Shown in pieces: positions 1 through 6,858 of a DNA stretch of 20,000 nt. This DNA is from an uncultured virus (IMG/VR IMGVR_UViG_3300011337_000167) (taxonomy: Duplodnaviria > Heunggongvirae > Uroviricota > Caudoviricetes). The stretch's first letter is position 1. Each line of letters begins with the position of its first letter. The notes below the pieces were generated by a model. It worked only from the letters and a program-made list of their open reading frames with translations. It made no database searches and was not told the origin of the DNA. Made by a program: the position numbers and the translations under genes. The stretch lies in the IMG/VR virus record IMGVR_UViG_3300011337_000167; one strand, written 5' to 3'.

Positions 1-144
1 TACCTACCTGTGCGTATCAGCCAAGAAGTAGCAGATTTTTTCAACGCTTACCCTAACAAGAGTGCAAAGATTAGGGAAGTATTAGCTAGTTATGTTCAAC
101 AACATGGAGAAACAAATGAGAAAGAAACTCACCAAAAGCAGTAA
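1..144 (+). CDS. 3' end of a small ribbon-helix-helix-like DNA-binding protein (partial, starts upstream of window)
   Basis: Frame 1 is open from base 1: YLPVRISQEVADFFNAYPNKSAKIREVLASYVQQHGETNEKETHQKQ* (TAA 142-144). The strand-helix-helix pattern (VRIS..EV.....NKS..IRE.L..Y) resembles CopG/Arc-type RHH. It overlaps the next gene start. Confidence 0.6.
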   Translation, partial: YLPVRISQEVADFFNAYPNKSAKIREVLASYVQQHGETNEKETHQKQ

Positions 145-577
145 AGTAATTCGTTACATCAAGAAGAACCCAAATGCCAAGGCGAAAGAAGTGTCGCAGG
201 TAACAGGAGTTCCGATTGCTAGCGTGTATCAAACCGCTTACAAAGTGCGAAAGCAAATGCGTGAAGGTATGGCTAAAGTGCAGATGACCGCCCTATCGCC
301 TAAGCGTGCCGCAAGTAAAACTACTAGGGGTATGAAAGTAATAGCAACTTACACGAGCAACAAGAGCATTAAGTCTGACATGGTCAACCACCCACCGCAC
401 TACAAGGCAGGGGGTATTGAGACGATTGATTTCATTGAAGCTAAGAACCTAGGGTATAACCTAGGTAATGTAGTGAAGTATGTAAGTCGTGCCGATTTGA
501 AAGGCAATAAGTTGGAAGACTTACAGAAAGCTAAATGGTATTTGGATCGGGCTATTAGTAATCTTAGCAAGACCTAA
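116..577 (+). CDS. HTH-like N-terminus fused to DUF3310 (SaV / T7 gp1.7 nucleotide-kinase-like) domain
   Basis: C-terminal DMVNHPPHYKAGGIETIDFIEAKNLGYNLGNVVKYVSRADLKGNKLEDLQKAKWYL is the DUF3310 signature. N-terminal IRYIKKNPNAKAKEVSQVTGVPIASVY is HTH-like. ATG 116 has GGAG at 106-109, so it is preferred over 92. Confidence 0.85.
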   Translation: MRKKLTKSSKVIRYIKKNPNAKAKEVSQVTGVPIASVYQTAYKVRKQMREGMAKVQMTALSPKRAASKTTRGMKVIATYTSNKSIKSDMVNHPPHYKAGGIETIDFIEAKNLGYNLGNVVKYVSRADLKGNKLEDLQKAKWYLDRAISNLSKT

Positions 578-587
578 CAATGTTAGG
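573..587. promoter_or_regulatory. Palindromic operator-like site CCTAACA-A-TGTTAGG
   Basis: Perfect 7-bp inverted repeat with a 1-nt centre. The same core recurs at 1025-1037 and as a variant at 8233-8245. Confidence 0.55.
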
Positions 588-598
588 GGGCAGTTTGA

Positions 599-727
599 TT
601 ATAGATAGAACCTAGTAGCCTTGTAGATGCGAATGATTTTGTCTTCAGCTAGTTTGCCCCGATACTTTATGGCTAGCTGAATCCTTGTTAACTCTGAGGG
701 TGGCAGAGAATCTACATCTCCACCCAT
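599..727 (-). CDS. Putative 42-aa small protein not in the ORF track
   Basis: Minus strand reads AAGGAG (737-732), AAAA, ATG (727), then MGGDVDSLPPSELTRIQLAIKYRGKLAEDKIIRIYKATRFYL, TAA (601-599). It fills the otherwise empty gap. Confidence 0.5.
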   Translation of the reverse strand: MGGDVDSLPPSELTRIQLAIKYRGKLAEDKIIRIYKATRFYL

Positions 728-731
728 TTTT
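698..731 (+). terminator. Possible intrinsic terminator
   Basis: GGGTG-gca-GAGA / loop ATCTACA / TCTC-CACCC, followed by ATTTTT. The stem is bulged and the U-tract short. Confidence 0.4.
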
Positions 732-735
732 CTCC

Positions 736-763
736 TTGACAAAGTCCAACACCATGTTATTAT
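736..763 (+). promoter_or_regulatory. Sigma70-type promoter with extended -10
   Basis: TTGACA (736-741), 16-nt spacer with TG at 755-756, TATTAT (758-763). The ATG of the next gene is at 770. Confidence 0.75.
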
Positions 764-769
764 GGTGGC

Positions 770-1099
770 ATGGCACTAACTCCCGAAAAGAAAGTTAAAG
801 ACAAATGCGTCAAGCTACTTAAGGCTTACGACGCTTATTACTTTTTCCCTGCTACCCATGGTTATGGACGTAGCGGTGTGCCTGATATTATTTGTTGCAT
901 TGCAGGAAAATTTGTAGCTATTGAGTGCAAGGCAGGCGACAATAAGCCTACTGCATTACAAGAAAAAGAAATGGCAGACATTCGTAAACAGGGTGGAATT
1001 GCCGTCGTAATAAATGAAAGCAACCTAACATTGTTAGAGGGATTGCTAAAAGATTTAACAGGGGCTAACGACGAGGAGGACATAGATGGCAGATGTTGA
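770..1099 (+). CDS. VRR-NUC family nuclease / Holliday-junction-resolvase-like
   Basis: PEKKVK...GRSGVPDIICC..GKFVAIECKA...PTALQ...IRKQGG matches the PD-(D/E)XK VRR-NUC pattern. Confidence 0.88.
   Translation: MALTPEKKVKDKCVKLLKAYDAYYFFPATHGYGRSGVPDIICCIAGKFVAIECKAGDNKPTALQEKEMADIRKQGGIAVVINESNLTLLEGLLKDLTGANDEEDIDGRC
1025..1037. promoter_or_regulatory. Palindromic operator-like site CTAACA-T-TGTTAG
   Basis: Exact reverse complement of 574-586. It lies inside the VRR-NUC gene, about 50 nt upstream of ORF 1086. Confidence 0.45.
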
Positions 1100-1493
1100 A
1101 ATGAACAAAGGGGTTCAGATATTACTTGAACGCATGAACAGTAACCCCGATGAATTTATCCCTACCCTACGAGATGGGTATCCTCCAAAATGGCGAGACA
1201 TTCTCCTCTCTATTGAGATGCGAACCAATGGGGGTAAGGAATACAAAGATCAGTTGCCGTTCCTAAACGACAAAGAAGTCAAAGCCCTATGGGAGAAGAT
1301 GCAGAGCTTGCAAGGCGAGCTGTTTACTAAGCGAGTTATGGATACCCTGCTACGTGATGCCCATGATTTTGAAATACTTGAAACCATGAAGCAGTTGCCC
1401 CTACTGCTAGAGGAGTTGGAGAGGCATTCTCCTGCGGAACTATCATCTCTTTCTCGGCAAGTCGCAGGCGGTAGGCTCAAAAAAATAAAATGA
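1086..1493 (+). CDS. Hypothetical phage protein
   Basis: 135-aa ORF with a strong SD (GAGGAGG 1073-1079), overlapping both neighbours. Confidence 0.8.
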   Translation: MADVEMNKGVQILLERMNSNPDEFIPTLRDGYPPKWRDILLSIEMRTNGGKEYKDQLPFLNDKEVKALWEKMQSLQGELFTKRVMDTLLRDAHDFEILETMKQLPLLLEELERHSPAELSSLSRQVAGGRLKKIK

Positions 1494-3313
1494 AAATTTT
1501 TTGTTTAGACTTTGAGACCTATTACTCTCAAACCTTCTCCCTTAGCAAAATTACCACGGAAGAGTACGTCCGTAGCCCTGAGTTTGAAACCATCGGGGTG
1601 GCGGTGTGCGAACAAGGGAGCGCTCCTACTTGGTTTAGTGGTACTAAAGCAGATACAAAGAAGTTTTTGGATAGCTTTGAACTCAACAAGCATCTCGTGA
1701 TAGCCCACAACGCTATGTTTGACATGGCTATCCTTAATTGGCAGTTTGATATAAGACCCAAGGGTATTGCTGATACTTTATCAATGGCAAGAGCCATACA
1801 TGGCACGGAGGTTGGCGGTAGCCTTGCTAAGTTGGCGGAACACTATGGACTTGGAGTAAAAGGCACAGAAGTCTTACAAGCACAAGGTAAACGTCGGATT
1901 GACTTTAATGCGCAGGACTTGGCACAGTATGGCGAGTATTGCAAAAACGATGTGGTGCTTACGATGGGTTTGTTTGAGCAACTAAGTGCGGGCTTTCCTC
2001 CTAGTGAGTTACGACTTATTGACCTGACTATCCGTATGTTTACTGAGCCTAGCCTATGGCTTGACGGCAACATGCTACATGACCATTTAGCTGAAGTACG
2101 GCAGAGGAAAGAAAGTTTACTAGCAAGTATCGAGAAAGAAAAAGAGCACTTGATGAGTAACGACAAGTTTGCCGAGTTACTTATTGCACAGGGCATAGAA
2201 CCCCCAACTAAAATTAGTCCTGCAACAGGTAAAGAGGCATGGGCATTTGCCAAGACCGATGAAGGGTTTAAGGAACTACTTGAACATGAGAACGAAGTGG
2301 TGCAATTATTAGCATCAGCGCGCTTAGGAGTGAAGTCAACCATTGAAGAAACAAGGACTGAACGCTTTATTGAAATAGCGCAGCGAGGCTTATTCCCCAT
2401 ACCACTACGCTACTATGCAGCTCATACAGGTCGTTGGGGCGGTGATGACAAGGTAAACCTACAAAACTTACCACGAGGCTCAATCCTCAAAGATGCAATT
2501 ATGGCTCCCCCCGGGCACGTCGTTGTGGACTCTGACTCTAGTCAAATAGAAGCAAGAACGCTAGCGTGGCTGGCTGAACAGAATGATTTAGTGGATGCGT
2601 TTGAAAGGGGCGAAGATGTATACAGAATCATGGCGTCGTCTATCTATAACAAGGCAACTGAAGAAATTAGCAAGGACGAAAGGTTCGTTGGTAAGACGAC
2701 GATATTGGGATGTGGCTACGGCATGGGGAGTGCGAAATTCAAAGCGCAACTCAAGACGTTCAACGTGGATATTGAGGAGGAGGAAGCCACACGTATTATT
2801 AAAGTCTACCGCCAAACTTATGATTGGATTCCGCAACTATGGAATCAAGCTAACAAAGCACTAGATGCAATACTTAACAACCAAACTGCGACGCTTGGCA
2901 AGGTAGATGTCCTGCAAGTAGAGGGCAGAAGAGGCATTCGATTGCCAAACGGACTGTATATGAAGTACCCAAACCTACGCAAGATGCGTAACGAGCAGGG
3001 TAAGGACGAGTATGTCTACGATATCAAGAAAGGCAAAGCAGTTGTGCCTAACAGGATATATGGTGGGAAAGTTATTGAGAACGTCTGCCAAGCGTTAGCC
3101 CGAATCATCGTTGGTGAGCAGATGCTACAAGTAGCTAAAAAATATAAAGTGGTAATGACTGTGCATGATGCGATTGCTTGCGTAATACCTGAACAAGAAT
3201 CGGAAGCTGGTCAAGAGTATGTGGAGATGTGTATGAAGATGCGACCCAAGTGGGCACAAGACCTGCCGTTGAGTTGCGAGTCAGGAATGGGGAGAAGTTA
3301 TGGCGATTGCTAA
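1490..3313 (+). CDS. polA: Phage DNA polymerase, family A (3'-5' exonuclease + polymerase, no 5'-3' exonuclease)
   Basis: ExoI LDFETY, ExoII AHNAMFD, HTGRWGG/NLQNLPR, motif A DSSQIEARTLA, motif B RFVGKTTILGCGYG, motif C VHDAI. Confidence 0.96.
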   Translation: MKIFCLDFETYYSQTFSLSKITTEEYVRSPEFETIGVAVCEQGSAPTWFSGTKADTKKFLDSFELNKHLVIAHNAMFDMAILNWQFDIRPKGIADTLSMARAIHGTEVGGSLAKLAEHYGLGVKGTEVLQAQGKRRIDFNAQDLAQYGEYCKNDVVLTMGLFEQLSAGFPPSELRLIDLTIRMFTEPSLWLDGNMLHDHLAEVRQRKESLLASIEKEKEHLMSNDKFAELLIAQGIEPPTKISPATGKEAWAFAKTDEGFKELLEHENEVVQLLASARLGVKSTIEETRTERFIEIAQRGLFPIPLRYYAAHTGRWGGDDKVNLQNLPRGSILKDAIMAPPGHVVVDSDSSQIEARTLAWLAEQNDLVDAFERGEDVYRIMASSIYNKATEEISKDERFVGKTTILGCGYGMGSAKFKAQLKTFNVDIEEEEATRIIKVYRQTYDWIPQLWNQANKALDAILNNQTATLGKVDVLQVEGRRGIRLPNGLYMKYPNLRKMRNEQGKDEYVYDIKKGKAVVPNRIYGGKVIENVCQALARIIVGEQMLQVAKKYKVVMTVHDAIACVIPEQESEAGQEYVEMCMKMRPKWAQDLPLSCESGMGRSYGDC

Positions 3314-4304
3314 TAGTCACATATACGGGGAAGATAGAAACAAACTATACCCAATTGCATCAATTGGGTTTACTAAAGACATTTATCCAAACGTTAAAAG
3401 TGCAATTCAAAATATTGAAATAAAAAACAAACTACTTAATGCGTTTACTGATTTTGTTAAGTTAGCACAACAAGGTAAGTGTTTTGATGTTCATTTTGAT
3501 GCCCATAAAGAAAAGTCAAAAGAACTTATTGACTGCATACTTGAGCACCCTAAAATAATAGTTGAACGTGACTTTCTTGGTAGTCGTAGCCCAATTTATG
3601 ACACAGCAGTTAGCGCAATTGAGTCGCTTGGAGAAATACGTCTTCCTTTTCCAAAAATAACAATAATAGGAGGAGAAAGAGTAAATAAAGATTTCCCTGA
3701 TGAAACAGACGAAATCATAGTGCAAGATGGCTCAGTCAATCTTTTGTATTCTTTTTTTCTAACGCAAGATCAAGATCGCATAACAATAAATGCTTTATTT
3801 AGTAAACCAAATGAAATAGGGAAGAATTATTTTATAGCCCATTGTGTACTACATTTTGTAGAGGGCAAACTTAAACTGTCTAAGCCGTTCGTTGCTCGTA
3901 AACATAAATACGAGCTTGCGGAACCTGAAACCATGGACAACATGTCCTACCTCGCAATTATTGCTGTATATATGTTAACCATAGCAGGTGGTGATATGTA
4001 TGTATCTGCCCCTACCCCCGATGAAATTGCCGTTAATAAAAAACGTATTAATAAAGGTAAGAAACCTTTGATTGAGTTTAGGTTAATTACAGTTGATGGT
4101 AAAAAGTCAGCTTTGCCATCTATACCACAGGGCACACATGCCTCACCAAGATTGCATTGGAGACGTGGTCATTGGCGCATTATGAAGAAGTCAGGCAAAA
4201 AAGTATGGATTGACCCGATGCTAGTGGGTGACGAAGAAAACGGCAAGATCATCAAAGACTATGCCGTAGGTAATTACGAGGAGAAAGAACGTGTACATCA
4301 TTAA
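3300..4304 (+). CDS. Hypothetical protein with C-terminal HASPRxHxRRGHWR motif
   Basis: 334-aa ORF with SD GGAG at 3290-3293. Visibly more AT-rich than its flanks, with a basic His/Arg/Trp-rich C-terminus. Confidence 0.8.
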   Translation: MAIANSHIYGEDRNKLYPIASIGFTKDIYPNVKSAIQNIEIKNKLLNAFTDFVKLAQQGKCFDVHFDAHKEKSKELIDCILEHPKIIVERDFLGSRSPIYDTAVSAIESLGEIRLPFPKITIIGGERVNKDFPDETDEIIVQDGSVNLLYSFFLTQDQDRITINALFSKPNEIGKNYFIAHCVLHFVEGKLKLSKPFVARKHKYELAEPETMDNMSYLAIIAVYMLTIAGGDMYVSAPTPDEIAVNKKRINKGKKPLIEFRLITVDGKKSALPSIPQGTHASPRLHWRRGHWRIMKKSGKKVWIDPMLVGDEENGKIIKDYAVGNYEEKERVHH

Positions 4305-4455
4305 AGATGAGAACGGTGAAGTTATGCGCATAGTGGGTAGGCAAGAAGAGGCAAGACATATTGTGCAACAGCGTGAAGGCTGGACTTTTAAATGCGTACG
4401 CAAAGTCGTACGTAAGATAGTAGAAGGGTATAAATTTGAGGAGGCATTATTTTGA
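4291..4455 (+). CDS. Small hypothetical protein (54 aa), not in ORF track
   Basis: SD GAGGAG 4278-4283 and GTG 4291, giving MYIIKDENGEVMRIVGRQEEARHIVQQREGWTFKCVRKVVRKIVEGYKFEEALF*. The TGA overlaps the next TTG start. Confidence 0.75.
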   Translation: MYIIKDENGEVMRIVGRQEEARHIVQQREGWTFKCVRKVVRKIVEGYKFEEALF

Positions 4456-4760
4456 AAAAACTGTTAACGGTTCTTTTGTTTGTCCCAACTATTGCACTAG
4501 GTGGAGTAGTTGCTACTCTGCCCAATCAAGCGGGTGGAAAGATTGTACTAACCGATGAAGAGTGCAGATATGCGGGAGAAATATATACAGCCCTACGCAA
4601 GTCGTATAACTACGGCAGTTCAGGTAGTACAAGCGACGGGTGCTGGTATTTAGATGATGAAACTGTTGTAGTTATTTGGAAACAGAGTAACGGACAGGCA
4701 AGCACAAAACGATATCCAGTAGAAAACTTTGACATCCGCAAGCGGGGTAAAAACTTATGA
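4452..4760 (+). CDS. Putative exported/periplasmic protein
   Basis: Signal-peptide-like MKKLLTVLLFVPTIALG, two Cys residues, SD GAGGAGG 4438-4444, TTG start. Confidence 0.8.
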   Translation: MKKLLTVLLFVPTIALGGVVATLPNQAGGKIVLTDEECRYAGEIYTALRKSYNYGSSGSTSDGCWYLDDETVVVIWKQSNGQASTKRYPVENFDIRKRGKNL

Positions 4761-4930
4761 TCGTCACAATACTTAACCTGTTTGCTCTGTTTGTTGCCGT
4801 GTTTGCGGTGCTAATATTTGTGGTAGTGTTTACATTCTTTTTATTTATTATGTTTGCTTGTGTGTATATTGGATGGATAGAGATTAGGTCAATGCCGTTA
4901 ACTGACGTTTGGGAGAAAATTAAAAAATGA
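4757..4930 (+). CDS. Small membrane protein (57 aa), not in ORF track
   Basis: ATGA overlaps at both ends. MIVTILNLFALFVAVFAVLIFVVVFTFFLFIMFACVYIGWIEIRSMPLTDVWEKIKK* has about 40 uncharged, mostly hydrophobic N-terminal residues. Confidence 0.75.
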   Translation: MIVTILNLFALFVAVFAVLIFVVVFTFFLFIMFACVYIGWIEIRSMPLTDVWEKIKK

Positions 4931-5160
4931 CAACTTGGACTACCGAAGACCGTAAAAATTCAGCACCTCCACACGTTGTAGATAGTGGTGCCAGTTACGA
5001 GCCTATTCCGTTTGCGGGCATAGTAGCCATTGATGACCAAGAAGATTTAGAACAAATGTTACGACACCAGTTGCATATAGTTACTGAGCAATTAGCTACG
5101 GTACAAGCCGAGTGCCAACGACTACGAAATAAACTAAGAGAGGCGGGTATAAATGACTGA
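4927..5160 (+). CDS. Hypothetical protein with C-terminal coiled coil
   Basis: SD GGGAG 4911-4915, 77 aa, heptad-like C-terminus. Confidence 0.75.
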   Translation: MTTWTTEDRKNSAPPHVVDSGASYEPIPFAGIVAIDDQEDLEQMLRHQLHIVTEQLATVQAECQRLRNKLREAGIND

Positions 5161-5362
5161 AGAAGATAAAGGCATGCTACGTGATATATTTGCGGGCTTG
5201 GCTATGAACGGATGGATTATTAACGGGGATTATTCTAAAGAAGAAATACCCCAAATGGCATATATCATGGCTGATGCCATGATGGAAACTAGAGATAAAG
5301 GAGAAGAACTTGGAATTGCAGCAGTTAAACCTAGAAAGCGATATCTTAGAAAAGGTACTTGA
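5153..5362 (+). CDS. Conserved small phage protein (LRDxFAGxAMxG...AYxMADAM type)
   Basis: Motif LRDIFAGLAMNG...AYIMADAMMETR is typical of a common small phage hypothetical family. It overlaps the upstream stop. Confidence 0.8.
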   Translation: MTEEDKGMLRDIFAGLAMNGWIINGDYSKEEIPQMAYIMADAMMETRDKGEELGIAAVKPRKRYLRKGT

Positions 5363-5522
5363 TCGTGGAAAGAAATATTGCTCGAGCTGTACTAGTTATA
5401 AGCCTGATATTGGTGGTCAAGTGCTTGTTGTTGGTAGTCGGCATAGACCAATTCGACGATGGAAGTGTGCTCACTGCCTAGCAAAGATTTCACAAGCTAA
5501 ATACTCATCAAAGAAAAAATAA
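5310..5522 (+). CDS. Small zinc-ribbon-like protein
   Basis: CSSC...WKCAHC pairs; AAGGAG 5298-5303 precedes TTG 5310. Confidence 0.65.
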   Translation: MELQQLNLESDILEKVLDRGKKYCSSCTSYKPDIGGQVLVVGSRHRPIRRWKCAHCLAKISQAKYSSKKK

Positions 5523-5523
5523 T

Positions 5524-6195
5524 ATGCCAGCATGGTCATACAGTAGTTTAAAAACATTTCAACAATGCCCGAAGAAGTATTACCATCTTAAGGTAGCCAA
5601 GGATGTAAAGGATGATGGTAGTGAAGCTACTGTGTATGGCAAAGAGCTACATAAAGTTGCTGAGGACTACATCAAAGATGGCACACCCATCCCCCCACAG
5701 TTTGCGTTTATTCAAGATACAGTAGATGCGCTTAAGAGAATACCAGGTGAAAAGCATACTGAAATTGAACTAGGTGTATCTAATAAAGGTGGCAGACTTA
5801 ATCCTTGTGGGTTCTACGATAAAGATGCGTGGTATCGGGGTATTGCTGACTTGCTGATTGTTAATGGCGACGAAGGCTACCTAGTGGATTACAAGAGCAG
5901 TAAGAATGCAAAGTACGCTGACTTAAAACAGTTGGATTTACTAGCGGGTGCGGTATTTGCTCATTTCCCAGAACTTAAAACGCTTAAGTCTGCTTTGATA
6001 TTTGTAGTTAGTAATGAGTTTGTAAACAAAGAACACAGTTCAATGCACAAGATGGCTTACTTTGAGCATGTGCGATTTGATTTAGAACGGCTTGAAACAG
6101 CCCTAAAAACGGGTGTATGGAACGCAGTAGCGGGTCCGTTGTGTGGGTGGTGTCCCGTCAAGACTTGTCATAATTATAGGGAGAGACGCAAATGA
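5524..6195 (+). CDS. PD-(D/E)XK exonuclease, Cas4/RecB-like with probable Fe-S cluster
   Basis: WSYSSL..FQQCPKKY, G.ELH, RGIADL, LVDYKS and C-terminal CGWCPVKTC (1+3 Cys arrangement). Confidence 0.9.
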   Translation: MPAWSYSSLKTFQQCPKKYYHLKVAKDVKDDGSEATVYGKELHKVAEDYIKDGTPIPPQFAFIQDTVDALKRIPGEKHTEIELGVSNKGGRLNPCGFYDKDAWYRGIADLLIVNGDEGYLVDYKSSKNAKYADLKQLDLLAGAVFAHFPELKTLKSALIFVVSNEFVNKEHSSMHKMAYFEHVRFDLERLETALKTGVWNAVAGPLCGWCPVKTCHNYRERRK

Positions 6196-6605
6196 GCTTC
6201 AGTAAAGGAGTTACAAAAGAAAAAGGAAAACAAACCCCAAAAGACGCTTGGGATTACATTAGGGGCGAACATGAAATATGCCATTGCTCTTACCCTAGTT
6301 GTCGTAATAGAAAAATAACTAGAGACCAAGATGCTGTGTCTTGGGACATAGTGCATATAGCAAAAGATCAATTTGAATTTAACTTATCCCCATTAGCAAA
6401 ACTAGCAGTAGTTGCTAACCCAAAAATTACGGATAGGGGTGAAGAATGGGGAGATTATTTTGTTACTTTATCTATGCATGCGGAATGCGCTGCAGAATGG
6501 GGTATGCACTTGATTAAAGACGCCCTTGAGAGCCATAATGTAGGGACTAAACTTCGTAAGGAAAAACCTCAAAATGCCATACGTGAACAAACCAAGACCA
6601 TATAA
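6192..6605 (+). CDS. Hypothetical protein, possible Zn-binding
   Basis: ATGA overlap; CHCSYPSC and HAEC motifs. Confidence 0.7.
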   Translation: MSFSKGVTKEKGKQTPKDAWDYIRGEHEICHCSYPSCRNRKITRDQDAVSWDIVHIAKDQFEFNLSPLAKLAVVANPKITDRGEEWGDYFVTLSMHAECAAEWGMHLIKDALESHNVGTKLRKEKPQNAIREQTKTI

Positions 6606-6858
6606 AAAAGAATACGAACAGTATCAGGGTAAACCCGAACAAATAAAGAATAGGGCTAAACGTAACACAGCCCGTGCGGAGCTAATGAAAGAAGGAAAGG
6701 TACACAAGGGTGATGGAAAAGACGTCGATCATGCAAAACCTCTCAGCAAGGGGGGAACAAGTGCTAGGGGTAATCTCAAGGTTAAACCCGCTAGCAAGAA
6801 CAGATCATTCAGTAGGAACTCAGACCACTCCGTCAAACGGAATGCAAGCAAGAAATAG
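6574..6858 (+). CDS. Small basic HNH endonuclease-like protein
   Basis: KDVDHAKPLSKGGTSARGNLKVKPASKNRS is an HNH/HNN-type beta-beta-alpha-Me motif. Confidence 0.8.
   Translation: MPYVNKPRPYKKEYEQYQGKPEQIKNRAKRNTARAELMKEGKVHKGDGKDVDHAKPLSKGGTSARGNLKVKPASKNRSFSRNSDHSVKRNASKK

Noticed and set aside
92..115. ATG at 92 as start of the DUF3310 gene
   Set aside because: ATG 116 has a well-spaced GGAG and a shorter overlap with the upstream ORF.
578..731. tRNA or known self-cleaving ribozyme in the intergenic gap
   Set aside because: No cloverleaf or T-loop GTTC motif, and no hammerhead CTGATGA/GAAA core found by eye; no named family can be supported without a covariance-model search.
5524..6195. 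Cas4-like gene as evidence of a CRISPR-Cas system
   Set aside because: No repeat-spacer array or other cas genes were seen; standalone Cas4-like exonucleases are common in phage replication modules.
6710..6841. Longer helicase N-terminus from the ORF track
   Set aside because: It lies entirely within the HNH gene in another frame and has no helicase-like features; ATG 6842 is more parsimonious.
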